Shown: positions 38,058 through 47,047, counted from the first letter of the stretch. The stretch: 64,000 nucleotides of DNA from a virus (IMGVR_UViG_3300037418_002962:154650-218649), one strand, 5' to 3'. Translations and numbers: made by a program. Notes: generated by a model from the sequence alone, not told the origin.

Positions 38058-38687
38058 ATGAAGCTTTATCATGGAACCAGTACACGTTATCTTGAAAAGA
38101 TAATGCAAGGTGGCTTGCGTCCTAGAGGCAGGAAGAAAGGTAATTGGGGGCATACGGTTGAGGGTAGTTCAGATTGTATCTATCTGACTGTTGCATATGC
38201 ACATCATTTTGCCCTCGAATCTCTTAAGGATAAGAGAGAACGTTGTGTTATTGTAGAGATTGATACAAATCTGCTCGATACTCATTGGCTTGTTCCTGAT
38301 GAGGATGCCTTGGCATTTCATAATAAGAAAGATTCTAATAAATCTCTTATTGAACTCAGTGAAGAATATAAGCATAGGCTTCTCGAATTTGCTGGAACCA
38401 AGGCATGGGAAGCATCCATAAATCTCATGGGCAATTGTGCTCATTTTGGCAGAATCCCTGAAGAAGCTATCACACGTATTGTTTCGTTCAGTAGAGAAGG
38501 TGTTTGGCTGTTTTCCGATCCTTCCATTTCTCCCTTGAATTATCAAATTATGGGAGATTATTATAGGAATTTGATTTCACATACCTTTGGTGATAAGGTA
38601 GAAGAATATAACGGATTTGGGCAAGATCCTACAAAGGCTGTGTTCAAGGATTTGAAATTGTGGAAAGGAACTCCAGGTGAAAGGTAG
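38058..38687 (+). CDS. ADP-ribosyltransferase-fold protein
   Basis: KLYHGTS...I...GL.P, CIYLT...A..FA, H.G.IP.EAI pattern of ART/Tpt1-like folds. Confidence 0.6.
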   Translation: MKLYHGTSTRYLEKIMQGGLRPRGRKKGNWGHTVEGSSDCIYLTVAYAHHFALESLKDKRERCVIVEIDTNLLDTHWLVPDEDALAFHNKKDSNKSLIELSEEYKHRLLEFAGTKAWEASINLMGNCAHFGRIPEEAITRIVSFSREGVWLFSDPSISPLNYQIMGDYYRNLISHTFGDKVEEYNGFGQDPTKAVFKDLKLWKGTPGER

Positions 38688-38849
38688 AAATCCCTTCTCA
38701 TATCTTATAAAAGATAATGTCATTGAGGTATGGCTTGGAGAACCAAAAAATCCAGAGTCAGAATATATCTGTGCTGTTGATAAGGTATGGATACCTCAGC
38801 TTATTGCAACACTTCGTCAAGGTGAACTGGAATTGAAAGGAAAGTAATA

Positions 38850-39296
38850 ATGATTAATTTTATTGAGTTTATTAATAATGGCGGCAAAATTCTATCTCTA
38901 GATAATGAAAATGTAAAAATTTATACTACTTCTGCAGAAGGAAAATTTCCAATTCATGGAGCAGTTGGCAATAACGTAGTAGCATGGGATGAAGCTGGCA
39001 ATGCTTTTGGAGTAGTTGGTTCCGATTTAAGCCTAAGAAGAATTGATGAAAAAACTTGGGAATATAATAAACAATTTCAAAATAATAATCATGAATTTGG
39101 TATTATTTTAAAAGAAACTGAAGATAGACTAGATGAAATTTTTGTAAATGCTGCATACGAAAGTGCTTCAATTTATGAAGATTATATTTCTTTATATATT
39201 GATGGCTCTGGAGGTATGATGACTGTTGAAGAAATTAAGATTTTCATCAAAAATCTGGAAAAAATTGTAAACTTTATTGAAGAAATTGGAAATTAA
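38850..39296 (+). CDS. hypothetical protein
   Basis: FPIHGAV....VAWDEAG pattern. Confidence 0.55.
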   Translation: MINFIEFINNGGKILSLDNENVKIYTTSAEGKFPIHGAVGNNVVAWDEAGNAFGVVGSDLSLRRIDEKTWEYNKQFQNNNHEFGIILKETEDRLDEIFVNAAYESASIYEDYISLYIDGSGGMMTVEEIKIFIKNLEKIVNFIEEIGN

Positions 39297-39507
39297 AATG
39301 GCAGAGAAATTGTCACATAATGCTAAAGTTATACTTGCAAGCGAATATAATAGCCGAGAAGAAGAACTTGAACATAATATAAAGATGATTGAGAAGGATA
39401 TTTTAGTCAAAGAGCAAGAGATAGATCGTCTAAAGACAGATCTCGATATTGCTAAGAAATATCTAAAATGGCATCAAGCAGTTCCAGATTCTGTAATATT
39501 TTCTTGA
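39277..39507 (+). CDS. small coiled-coil protein
   Basis: 76-aa ORF. Confidence 0.5.
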   Translation: MKKLEIKMAEKLSHNAKVILASEYNSREEELEHNIKMIEKDILVKEQEIDRLKTDLDIAKKYLKWHQAVPDSVIFS

Positions 39508-39534
39508 CATTACCTTGAAGAATTAGTATAAATA
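39504..39534 (+). promoter_or_regulatory. overlapping sigma70 and T4 late promoter for tRNA-Asn/Gln
   Basis: TTGACA-17nt-TATAAATA. Confidence 0.75.
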
Positions 39535-39550
39535 CTTGGCTGTTCTTAGC

Positions 39551-39623
39551 TCGCTTGTAGCTCAACTGGTAGAGCACTCGGCTGTTAACCGGGTGGTTGT
39601 AGGTTCGAATCCTACCGGGCGAG
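39551..39623 (+). tRNA. tRNA-Asn(GUU), no encoded CCA
   Basis: TCGCTTG/CGGGCGA acceptor, CTCGG-CTGTTAA-CCGGG, GTAGGTTCGAATCCTAC; followed by CTA. Confidence 0.9.
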
Positions 39624-39640
39624 CTAAGAACAGCCTTTAT

Positions 39641-39712
39641 TTGAGGATCGTCTAATTGGTAGGACCTGAGATTCTGGTTCTCATTATCTAGGTTCGAGTC
39701 CTAGTCCTCAAT
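39641..39712 (+). tRNA. tRNA-Gln(CUG), no encoded CCA
   Basis: TTGAGGA/TCCTCAA acceptor, TGAGA-TTCTGGT-TCTCA, CTAGGTTCGAGTCCTAG; followed by CTA. Confidence 0.85.
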
Positions 39713-40343
39713 CTACAGAATAAACTGTATCGGCATAAGATTGGCCACGGACATGATATCCTTCTGGTGCTAAAAGGTCTTTAATAAAATCATTGCCATT
39801 CTCACAAGAGATTACAGGCTTGAATTTTTTGATGGTGTTCATTGCACCTAGTAGAATGGAACTTTCGAAGCCCTCAACATCTAATTGTATAAAATCCAAA
39901 TCGTCAAGATCCAATGAATCTATAGTGATCATTGGAATTTTGCCTTTTGTATTAGTATTTACTCTGTTCATTCCTAGGTTGTCCTGAGAAACAATATCAA
40001 GACTGACCAATCCTGTAGTTTCTCCAAGACAGGCATTAAGCTTGAAAACGTTCTCTGTCTGGCAATTCAGAACGAAACAATGAAATGAAAGCGAGTAGGG
40101 TTCAAATGAATAAACCCTCTTAAACATTTCACTGAAAATCTTTGGATACATTCCGCAAGCTGCTCCAGCAGACAAACAAACATCATACTTCTTAATATAT
40201 TTTGTCCATAATTCAAGATGACTCGGAAGATTCATTAATGGTCCAGAGTAAACTCCTTCATCTTGTATAGGCCAATGAAATTCATATTCTTTATTATTAA
40301 TTATGGCCTTGCGAATTTCTAAAAGATTATCAAAATTTTCCAT
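39708..40343 (-). CDS. FkbM-family SAM methyltransferase
   Basis: SAGAACG, VYSFEP, ITIDSLDLDDLDFIQLDVEGFE..IL.GA..TI.K.KPVI..E. Confidence 0.85.
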   Translation of the reverse strand: MENFDNLLEIRKAIINNKEYEFHWPIQDEGVYSGPLMNLPSHLELWTKYIKKYDVCLSAGAACGMYPKIFSEMFKRVYSFEPYSLSFHCFVLNCQTENVFKLNACLGETTGLVSLDIVSQDNLGMNRVNTNTKGKIPMITIDSLDLDDLDFIQLDVEGFESSILLGAMNTIKKFKPVISCENGNDFIKDLLAPEGYHVRGQSYADTVYSVD

Positions 40344-40356
40344 ATAGCTCCTCGAT

Positions 40357-40364
40357 TATAAATA
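40357..40364 (+). promoter_or_regulatory. T4-type late promoter
   Basis: TATAAATA followed by hairpin ATAGGT..GGAAT-CCCC-ATTCC..ACCTAT upstream of the GIY-YIG gene. Confidence 0.65.
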
Positions 40365-40424
40365 AGTATAGGTCGCGGAATCCCCATTCCCACCTATTCT
40401 AATAACTATAAGGGAATTACCAGC

Positions 40425-41369
40425 ATGTTTTATTTATACAAAATTCAAAATACTATTAATAATAAAATTTATATTGGTCAAACTATAAATTTCAGAAATA
40501 GGATGATTAGACACAAATCCACATCAGAAAACAAAAACGAGCCTTTATATGAATCATATCTTTATAGATCTATAAGAAAACATAAATGGGAAAATTTTTC
40601 TAAAGAAATTATTGACACAGCTAAAAATCAAGAAGAAGCAAATGAAAAAGAAGAATATTATATAGAAAAATATAATAGCTATAATAATGGATATAATTGT
40701 ACTAAAGGAGGAAACTGTAGAGCAATAAAAACACAAAAAGAATTAGAACATCAAATTAAAATTCAATCTAAGAATTTTTGGAAAATTACATTTCCAAATA
40801 AAAATGTTGTAATTATTAATTCATTGGAAGATTTTTCTAGAAAAAATAATCTAGATGCTAATGGTTTAAGAAAGGTTGCCAAATCAAAAATAAAACATCA
40901 TAGAGGATTTTTATGCCAGAAATTAATAACTATTAAAGAGATTCCATTAAACGAAAAAGAAGATTTATTAATAAAAATAAATAAAATTGATAATATTACT
41001 CAAGAACAACTATTTGAAATTAGTAATGGACATTTGAGTTTTGATTTAAATTTTAAATATAAGGACAACTTATTTGATCCAAAATCTGATTTTTGGGAAA
41101 TAATTTTTCCTACAAACGAAGTTAAATATGTACTCAGTTTAGATAAATTTTGCAAAGAAAATAATCTGATTCCAGAATCGATGAGGCTAGTCAACAAAGG
41201 AGAAATAAAACATCATCATAATTATAAATGTAAAAAGTTAAATAAAACAGTATCAAGAATTAATGTGAATGATATAAAAGAAATAATATCTAACTTACAA
41301 AATAATAATGGAATAAAATTAACTGAAGAACAATTATTCTCTTATTCAAAAGGATACTTAGAGTTTTAA
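40425..41369 (+). CDS. GIY-YIG homing endonuclease with duplicated C-terminal DNA-binding module
   Basis: YLYKIQNTINNKIYIGQT, R...H, LYRSIRKH.WENF, E.YYI..YNS...GYN.T.GG; FW.I.FP...L..F...NNL...KHH repeated twice. Confidence 0.85.
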   Translation: MFYLYKIQNTINNKIYIGQTINFRNRMIRHKSTSENKNEPLYESYLYRSIRKHKWENFSKEIIDTAKNQEEANEKEEYYIEKYNSYNNGYNCTKGGNCRAIKTQKELEHQIKIQSKNFWKITFPNKNVVIINSLEDFSRKNNLDANGLRKVAKSKIKHHRGFLCQKLITIKEIPLNEKEDLLIKINKIDNITQEQLFEISNGHLSFDLNFKYKDNLFDPKSDFWEIIFPTNEVKYVLSLDKFCKENNLIPESMRLVNKGEIKHHHNYKCKKLNKTVSRINVNDIKEIISNLQNNNGIKLTEEQLFSYSKGYLEF

Positions 41370-41779
41370 TTTCCTCTTGTATATTTTGCAGTTCCGAAAT
41401 GATACTTTGAGATTAGCTCATAGTTATCCTTTTCTTTATAAGTAATAATTTTAAGCTGGCTTACTGGAACTATTGGGAACTTATCCATATTATCAATAAT
41501 TGTCAATAAATTCCAATCCTGCAAGAGTTTTGCAATAGTATTTCTACGTGCTATATCATTATCTGTAATTGTATTTGTTTTACCGTCAAGAACTAGGAGT
41601 TCCTTGAATGACATAATGGCATACCTTCCCCTTTTATGGAGAATATGACATGACTGATATAATTTATTGTTATCTTTTGACGAAACACCAATTCTTGTTA
41701 ATGTTTCTGTAATTGAAAGGAAACTACCTGGACTTGGAAGACTTACTTCAATTCCTAATCCCTCAAAAATATCTTCCAT
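41366..41779 (-). CDS. regA: RegA translational repressor
   Basis: FLSITETLTRIG, LYQSCHILHKRGRYAIMSFKEL..LDGK, RRNTIAKLL.DW. Confidence 0.95.
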   Translation of the reverse strand: MEDIFEGLGIEVSLPSPGSFLSITETLTRIGVSSKDNNKLYQSCHILHKRGRYAIMSFKELLVLDGKTNTITDNDIARRNTIAKLLQDWNLLTIIDNMDKFPIVPVSQLKIITYKEKDNYELISKYHFGTAKYTRGN

Positions 41780-41823
41780 AATAACCTCACTGAAAATCTT
41801 ATCTCAATGAAATTATTTATAAA

Positions 41824-42204
41824 TTAGCCTCCCTTGAAGAATGATTGCTTTATTTCTTCAATTTGTTCTTTATTAAGAAGCTTAAAATATCCTTTTGCAC
41901 GTTCCTGATTACATTTATAGTATTCCTGGATAATTTTAATATCCTCAATTATTTCTGGCTTATGCCACTTGGCAAATCTTTTCCCTTTTCTTATGGATAG
42001 CCTGAGATAATCATATTGCATTTTTTTTGGGAGATCTGGATATAAATTCATCTCGTTTGCATATAGAGATGTGTCCAAGTGGTAGCTTAGGGATTTATTG
42101 ACTAGGAAGGGATTATAATCAGATTCAGGATGATCCTGCAGAAGGTCCTGTTTCGTATAGCTGATCGATGTGACAAAATCAAAAGGATTTTTCTTATCGG
42201 TCAT
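41824..42204 (-). CDS. gp62: clamp loader small subunit (gp62-like)
   Basis: NPFDFV.SI, YNPFLVNKSLS, NEMN, MQYDYL..SIRK.KRF.KW; start MTDK. Confidence 0.88.
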   Translation of the reverse strand: MTDKKNPFDFVTSISYTKQDLLQDHPESDYNPFLVNKSLSYHLDTSLYANEMNLYPDLPKKMQYDYLRLSIRKGKRFAKWHKPEIIEDIKIIQEYYKCNQERAKGYFKLLNKEQIEEIKQSFFKGG

Positions 42205-42424
42205 AATAATACCCTGATTTATATTTGTAATATTTCCCTTTTGGACCACAAAGACCATCCGGGATTCTTCTTAATTCTGCACAGGTTTTGTAATAATTAC
42301 TTTTCTTTTCACCAGTAACTAAATCTACAGCATCCTGATTGATTGTATTTACGTTAGTGCAAACTGCTGCTGTTACAGTGAGTTTATAATACATACAGTC
42401 TTTACAGATTTTTGGAGTTTCCAT
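42194..42424 (-). CDS. small Cys-rich hypothetical protein
   Basis: CKDC, DLVTG, CGPKGKYY. Confidence 0.55.
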   Translation of the reverse strand: METPKICKDCMYYKLTVTAAVCTNVNTINQDAVDLVTGEKKSNYYKTCAELRRIPDGLCGPKGKYYKYKSGYYYDR

Positions 42425-42454
42425 TATTTTTTCCTCAAACTTTACAAAATTTCA

Positions 42455-42688
42455 TTATTTGAACTCAATAAAAATCCTATTTGGACCTAACAAAAACCAA
42501 TCCTTATCATCTGCACTGTATTCAACACGCTCATGTTTAATTTCATAATGCGTAATGGAAGGATCTTCATTCTGATATCGTTCCAATTCATGTTTAAAAT
42601 ATGCTTTAGTTTCTTCTTCAATTTCCTTCTCAGAAAATCCCATAACTCTGAAATCATCCCAAAGGGTTGTTATATCATTTTTAATCAT
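42455..42688 (-). CDS. hypothetical protein
   Basis: 77-aa ORF. Confidence 0.5.
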   Translation of the reverse strand: MIKNDITTLWDDFRVMGFSEKEIEEETKAYFKHELERYQNEDPSITHYEIKHERVEYSADDKDWFLLGPNRIFIEFK

Positions 42689-42707
42689 ATTAAATTTATT
42701 CTTTCAT

Positions 42708-42715
42708 TATAAATA
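42708..42715 (+). promoter_or_regulatory. T4-type late promoter
   Basis: TATAAATA upstream of leader copy 3; perfect inverted copy at 42797-42804. Confidence 0.7.
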
Positions 42716-42720
42716 GTTAA

Positions 42721-42785
42721 AGGAAGTAATTTATGGAGGTACGAACTCACATAAAAACAAAAGAGGAAACTCTGCTGTCCTTCCT
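42721..42785 (+). ncRNA. candidate structured RNA leader, copy 3
   Basis: AGGAAG-TAA-[TTTATG..CATAAA]-AACA-[GAG GAAA CTC]-TGCTGT-CCTTCCT. Confidence 0.65.
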
Positions 42786-42817
42786 ATAACATAAACTATT
42801 TATAGAGGAAAGACAAT

Positions 42818-43627
42818 ATGCACACTTACGAAATATTAAAAAATAATCCAGAATTATTGAATGGCTATAAATCGAGAGAAAAATTACCAATGATTTGTAG
42901 CCATTGCAATAAAGAATATTTTAAGCTTAAATATTCTATTAATGATGCAATTAAACAAGGAATAGATAAAAATTTCTGTTCAAGAAGTTGTCATAAGATT
43001 AGCATATCAACAAAAGAACAAACTACTTGTGGAAATTGTTTTAAAAACATATTTGTTAAAAAATCTTATATACTGAAACGAAACATCTTTTTTTGTTCTA
43101 AACATTGTTCTGCATTTTACTATGGCAAAATAATTTCAACGAAAATAAAAATAAAATGTACTAAATGTAGTAAAATATTTGAGAGATGTGAATCTGTTAT
43201 TTCAAAGCAAGAGAATAATTTTTGCTCTGTTAATTGTTTTCATAAGACTCATTTTGGTAGTAGGTCTAAATTAGAAAAATGGCTTGAAGAAAAATTAACT
43301 ATTTTATATCCAGACTTAAAAATAAAATATAATAATCGTCAAATAATTTCATATGAGCTAGATATCTATATACCTTCTCTAAAATTAGCATTTGAATTGA
43401 ACGGTCCAACTCACTACAAGAAAATTTATAAGAATAGAAGTTTGGAAGAAATACAAAGAAGAGATAAAATTAAAGTTGAAGAATGTCACAAAAAGGAGAT
43501 TGAGTTGCATGTAATAGACGTTAGTGCTCAAAAAGTAGTCAATGATATAACATCCATCCCGTTTTTATCATTCATTATAGAAAAGATAAATCTATCATAC
43601 ATTCAACAAAAAAGGCTACTAAATTAA
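42818..43627 (+). CDS. Cys-repeat + Vsr-like endonuclease, copy 3
   Basis: MHTYE..YKSREKLPMICSHC; RSKLEKWLE; ELDIYIPSLKLAFELNGPTHY; overlaps the 3' end of gp44. Confidence 0.75.
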   Translation: MHTYEILKNNPELLNGYKSREKLPMICSHCNKEYFKLKYSINDAIKQGIDKNFCSRSCHKISISTKEQTTCGNCFKNIFVKKSYILKRNIFFCSKHCSAFYYGKIISTKIKIKCTKCSKIFERCESVISKQENNFCSVNCFHKTHFGSRSKLEKWLEEKLTILYPDLKIKYNNRQIISYELDIYIPSLKLAFELNGPTHYKKIYKNRSLEEIQRRDKIKVEECHKKEIELHVIDVSAQKVVNDITSIPFLSFIIEKINLSYIQQKRLLN

Positions 43628-44504
43628 TTTCTTTGTCTACACATCTTGAGTTCATCTCTTGATATTTGGCAATCAAAAGAACAAGCTGAGGAATTGAATC
43701 AGACTTCAAGAAATTATCTGCATCATCATAAATCTGTCTGAAAATACTTACAGGATCTAATGTTTCCTCTGCACACCATTTACGGATTTCATTGAAGTTA
43801 TTTTCTTTCAAAAATCCAAATAAAATATCGACAGAAACATTTCTCAGATTAGCAAGAACTCCAGAATCAATCTTTCCCTTGACCGAATAATTCTGAAGTT
43901 CACCAATAATCCTTCTCCAGTCTGGAAAGAATTTAGTAATTAATGCTCCTACAACCTTATTATCAAAAGGAATTTCATTATCATTGAGAATTGTCTTTGC
44001 TCGCTTATAAAATTCCATTGCAAGCTGTTCCCGTTCTTCTACTGGAATTTTAAATTCGATTGTCGGGCATCTAGAATGAATTGCCTCTGACAATTTTTCA
44101 GGATGATTACAGGTCAAGATGAACGAAGTATTTCCAGAAAATTCTTCGATAACCCCTCTTAGAGCATCCTGGAAACCATGAGATAGCTTATCAGCTTCAT
44201 CAAGAATTACGTACTTTCTTCCACCATAAAATGATACCGAAGAAGCAAATTGCTGAATCTCATTTCTGAGAACATCAATCCCTTCATTTGAAGCATTAAG
44301 GAAAAGATATTCAGAACCCATTTCCTCAATCATTGCCAGTGCAACAGTAGTTTTTCCAATTCCTGAAGTTCCTGATAGAAGCATATGTGGGGCAGACTTA
44401 TTTTCTACATGGTTTTTGAAGGTTTCCTTTAATCCTTTTGGAAGAATACAATCATCAATTGTTTTAGGTCTGTAACGTTCTGCCCAGATATATTTCTTTT
44501 TCAT
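43575..44504 (-). CDS. gp44: clamp loader large subunit (gp44-like)
   Basis: WAERYRP, GTSGIGKTT, ILDEAD, FILTCN, IHSRC, FPDWRR. Confidence 0.95.
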   Translation of the reverse strand: MKKKYIWAERYRPKTIDDCILPKGLKETFKNHVENKSAPHMLLSGTSGIGKTTVALAMIEEMGSEYLFLNASNEGIDVLRNEIQQFASSVSFYGGRKYVILDEADKLSHGFQDALRGVIEEFSGNTSFILTCNHPEKLSEAIHSRCPTIEFKIPVEEREQLAMEFYKRAKTILNDNEIPFDNKVVGALITKFFPDWRRIIGELQNYSVKGKIDSGVLANLRNVSVDILFGFLKENNFNEIRKWCAEETLDPVSIFRQIYDDADNFLKSDSIPQLVLLIAKYQEMNSRCVDKEINLVAFFVECMIDLSFL

Positions 44505-44932
44505 TTAATCTCCTGTAAATTTTCTTCTGTCCAGCCAAAATATTTCAAGGTTGAAGCTCTAATAACTGGATCTTCTATTGAGTTTATAGTTCTTTTAGTA
44601 TCAAGTCTATACTCTCTAGCAGAATCTATCACATTTTGCATCATTTCTTTTATTTTGGGACTAATTTCGTATTTCACTATAATTTTCTATACCTATACTG
44701 CGGAAATAAAGATATGCATATTCCTCAACCATATTATAAGCTTGTAGAACAACTTCAGAAATATCTTCTTCATCCCAATAATTTTTTGGATTAGTTAAAA
44801 CTATACAGATAGCATCTTCAATTGTCAATTTAAACACTTCCCATACATAGATAGAAAAAGAAAATAATTTAAATAATGGTCACATGTATAATGTTGCAAA
44901 CGGGAAAAGAAAACAATATAAAGTTAAATTAT

Positions 44933-45184
44933 TTAATCCAATTTAGTACCAGTAATTGTTTCATATTTTTCCATAAATTCATGCATTTCTTCAATTTCTT
45001 TTGTAATATTCTGTAGATGGAATGCTTTCGCCACTTTTCTTAAGGTTCTTTTATCAATTTGATATTTTTCAGAAGCTAAAGAAATAGCTTCCTTTATATA
45101 TTCTCTTTCTCCTTCCATTCTTGTCTTAGAATTTGAAATTTCCTGTAAAACTTTTTGTAATTCTTTCTTGTCTTCTTCAATCAT
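44933..45184 (-). CDS. dsbA: T4 DsbA-like dsDNA-binding protein
   Basis: EISNSKTRMEGEREYIKEA......YQIDKRTLRKVAKAFH pattern. Confidence 0.65.
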   Translation of the reverse strand: MIEEDKKELQKVLQEISNSKTRMEGEREYIKEAISLASEKYQIDKRTLRKVAKAFHLQNITKEIEEMHEFMEKYETITGTKLD

Positions 45185-45386
45185 TATTATTCCTCTTCAA
45201 TTCTTGTTCATAAGCTTCAATAAGCTGCTTTGTTAAATATACAGGATCAAATCCTGCTTCGTCAAGATATTCGTGTTTATTAACGATATATTCAATTGCT
45301 GAATCGATGTATTCGTTTGGATTTTCAACCAAATCTTTCGTAATCGCAACATTCAATAAATCATTATTTAATACGTAACTACTCAT
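45177..45386 (-). CDS. hypothetical protein
   Basis: 69-aa ORF with AGGAG RBS. Confidence 0.5.
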   Translation of the reverse strand: MSSYVLNNDLLNVAITKDLVENPNEYIDSAIEYIVNKHEYLDEAGFDPVYLTKQLIEAYEQELKRNNND

Positions 45387-45407
45387 AATATTCCTCCTTG
45401 TGGGAAA

Positions 45408-45668
45408 TTATGCAACCATTCTTTCTTCTTCTACTGGTTCCTTGATAACAACTGTTGCTGCTGCACCATTATCATTTGAAATTGGTTTTGGAGTTGGCAT
45501 TTCTGTTACAACAATATTCTGAGAACCCCATATAATAAATGTTTGTTCCTCCCCAATATCAAGAACTGTTCTACTTACCCAATCATCGCTAGAACCATCC
45601 ATAATTCCAACTATGATTTTATGCGATGATCCTTGTTCCTCGTTTCTAATTGTTACTTTTGTTGTCAT
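45408..45668 (-). CDS. hypothetical protein
   Basis: 86-aa ORF. Confidence 0.55.
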   Translation of the reverse strand: MTTKVTIRNEEQGSSHKIIVGIMDGSSDDWVSRTVLDIGEEQTFIIWGSQNIVVTEMPTPKPISNDNGAAATVVIKEPVEEERMVA

Positions 45669-46372
45669 TATATTACCTCATTTTCTTTATTATACGTTAA
45701 CAGACTAAACTGTTTGAAATAACGATTCTTTTTCCTTTCTGGAATTGGAAAAGTTGCAAATGCAGTTAGAGAATTTCCAAGATCTGGTTCAAAAAATCTT
45801 ACAGTTGGTACATCATAAAGATGAAAAAATGCTTCAAAATCATAAAGCTCTTCTTCATCAAAAGCATTACATACAACAAAATAAAGATCATCAGTATCAA
45901 TATGATGTTTTGCAAGTTCTGCACCAAGCTTTAGTGCAACATGAGAATTTTGAACAACCTGCTGCTCTTGAGAAATATCTGTTCTGACAAAGAAATAAAC
46001 ATATTCCTTACCTGGAGGAAGAGCATCCGCGACTGCATATGCCTGGATTTCACAAAGAATATCCTGAAACCACTCCCTCTCTTTCGTGCCTTCTAGGCAG
46101 GACAGAAGCTGATTTTCAGAACTATCATATGCTTCAAAGGTTTCGTCAATAGCAAAACGCAATCCTTGCCATACATTATTCCCATTGTTCAAAAGCTTAA
46201 TTTCCTGAGTAATAGGAGAAAATGCACTCTGAACGATCAGACTAGCAAGTTCAAAACGATCATGCTCAGTCACTGCAGCCATTGCACGCATGATAGCAAA
46301 CTGCAAATGATGTGCCCGAGTATCGCTCTTGGAATGGGCAAGTACCTTCATAACACTACGAAAATCCTTCAT
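45668..46372 (-). CDS. protein with C-terminal peptidyl-tRNA hydrolase 2-like domain
   Basis: YFFVRTDIS...QVVQNSHVA, VVC...EEEL, FFEPDLGNSLTAFAT. Confidence 0.55.
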   Translation of the reverse strand: MKDFRSVMKVLAHSKSDTRAHHLQFAIMRAMAAVTEHDRFELASLIVQSAFSPITQEIKLLNNGNNVWQGLRFAIDETFEAYDSSENQLLSCLEGTKEREWFQDILCEIQAYAVADALPPGKEYVYFFVRTDISQEQQVVQNSHVALKLGAELAKHHIDTDDLYFVVCNAFDEEELYDFEAFFHLYDVPTVRFFEPDLGNSLTAFATFPIPERKKNRYFKQFSLLTYNKENEVI

Positions 46373-46387
46373 AACAAATTACTCCTT

Positions 46388-47047
46388 TTAGTTAAATCTG
46401 GAAAGTTTTTCCTGAAAAGCTACAAAATATTGAATTTCATCATTAGAAAAGCAAGAAATTCCATCTTCATGAATTCTTACTTTATAATTTCCTCTAGTCA
46501 TTTTTAAATCATCTTTATTATAGACTACAAGGAAATTTTCTGATGTCTCTCCGATTACACATGAATAGCTATCCGATGTCAAGTTGTTTTTTGAATTAAA
46601 TGTATGAACAGAAATCTTTCCTTCACTGCCTGAAAAGGCAATTTCTGTTGCTCTAAGAACTCCAATTGCCTTGAAGGTTCTATTAACATTTTCATCTGAA
46701 ATGTCAAATTCAATATTAGAATGAGGCATTTTAATTTCTTTGTTTTTTGGAACAACTAGACATGATGGTTCAGCAAAGAAATAATTAACAGATTCATTTC
46801 CAGATGAAATCTTTACAAACTTGCTTTCAAATTCTAGATCTGGATCATCAAAAAGGGAGACAACAGAAAGAAACTTTGAAAGATCTGCAATCGCCATTCT
46901 TTCAAAGTCACAATCTACTTTTGCAATCACGAAAAGGGAGGAAGCCTTATTAATTGTTCTTAAAATATTTCCAGGCTCGATAAGAATATTTGGATTAATT
47001 GTATTGAAATTCTTTAATACTTCAAATGCTTTAGGTGTTAGTTTCAT
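46388..47047 (-). CDS. gp45: sliding clamp (gp45-like)
   Basis: MKLT....VLKNFNTINPNI, IADLSKFLSV, Y.FAEPS. Confidence 0.9.
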   Translation of the reverse strand: MKLTPKAFEVLKNFNTINPNILIEPGNILRTINKASSLFVIAKVDCDFERMAIADLSKFLSVVSLFDDPDLEFESKFVKISSGNESVNYFFAEPSCLVVPKNKEIKMPHSNIEFDISDENVNRTFKAIGVLRATEIAFSGSEGKISVHTFNSKNNLTSDSYSCVIGETSENFLVVYNKDDLKMTRGNYKVRIHEDGISCFSNDEIQYFVAFQEKLSRFN

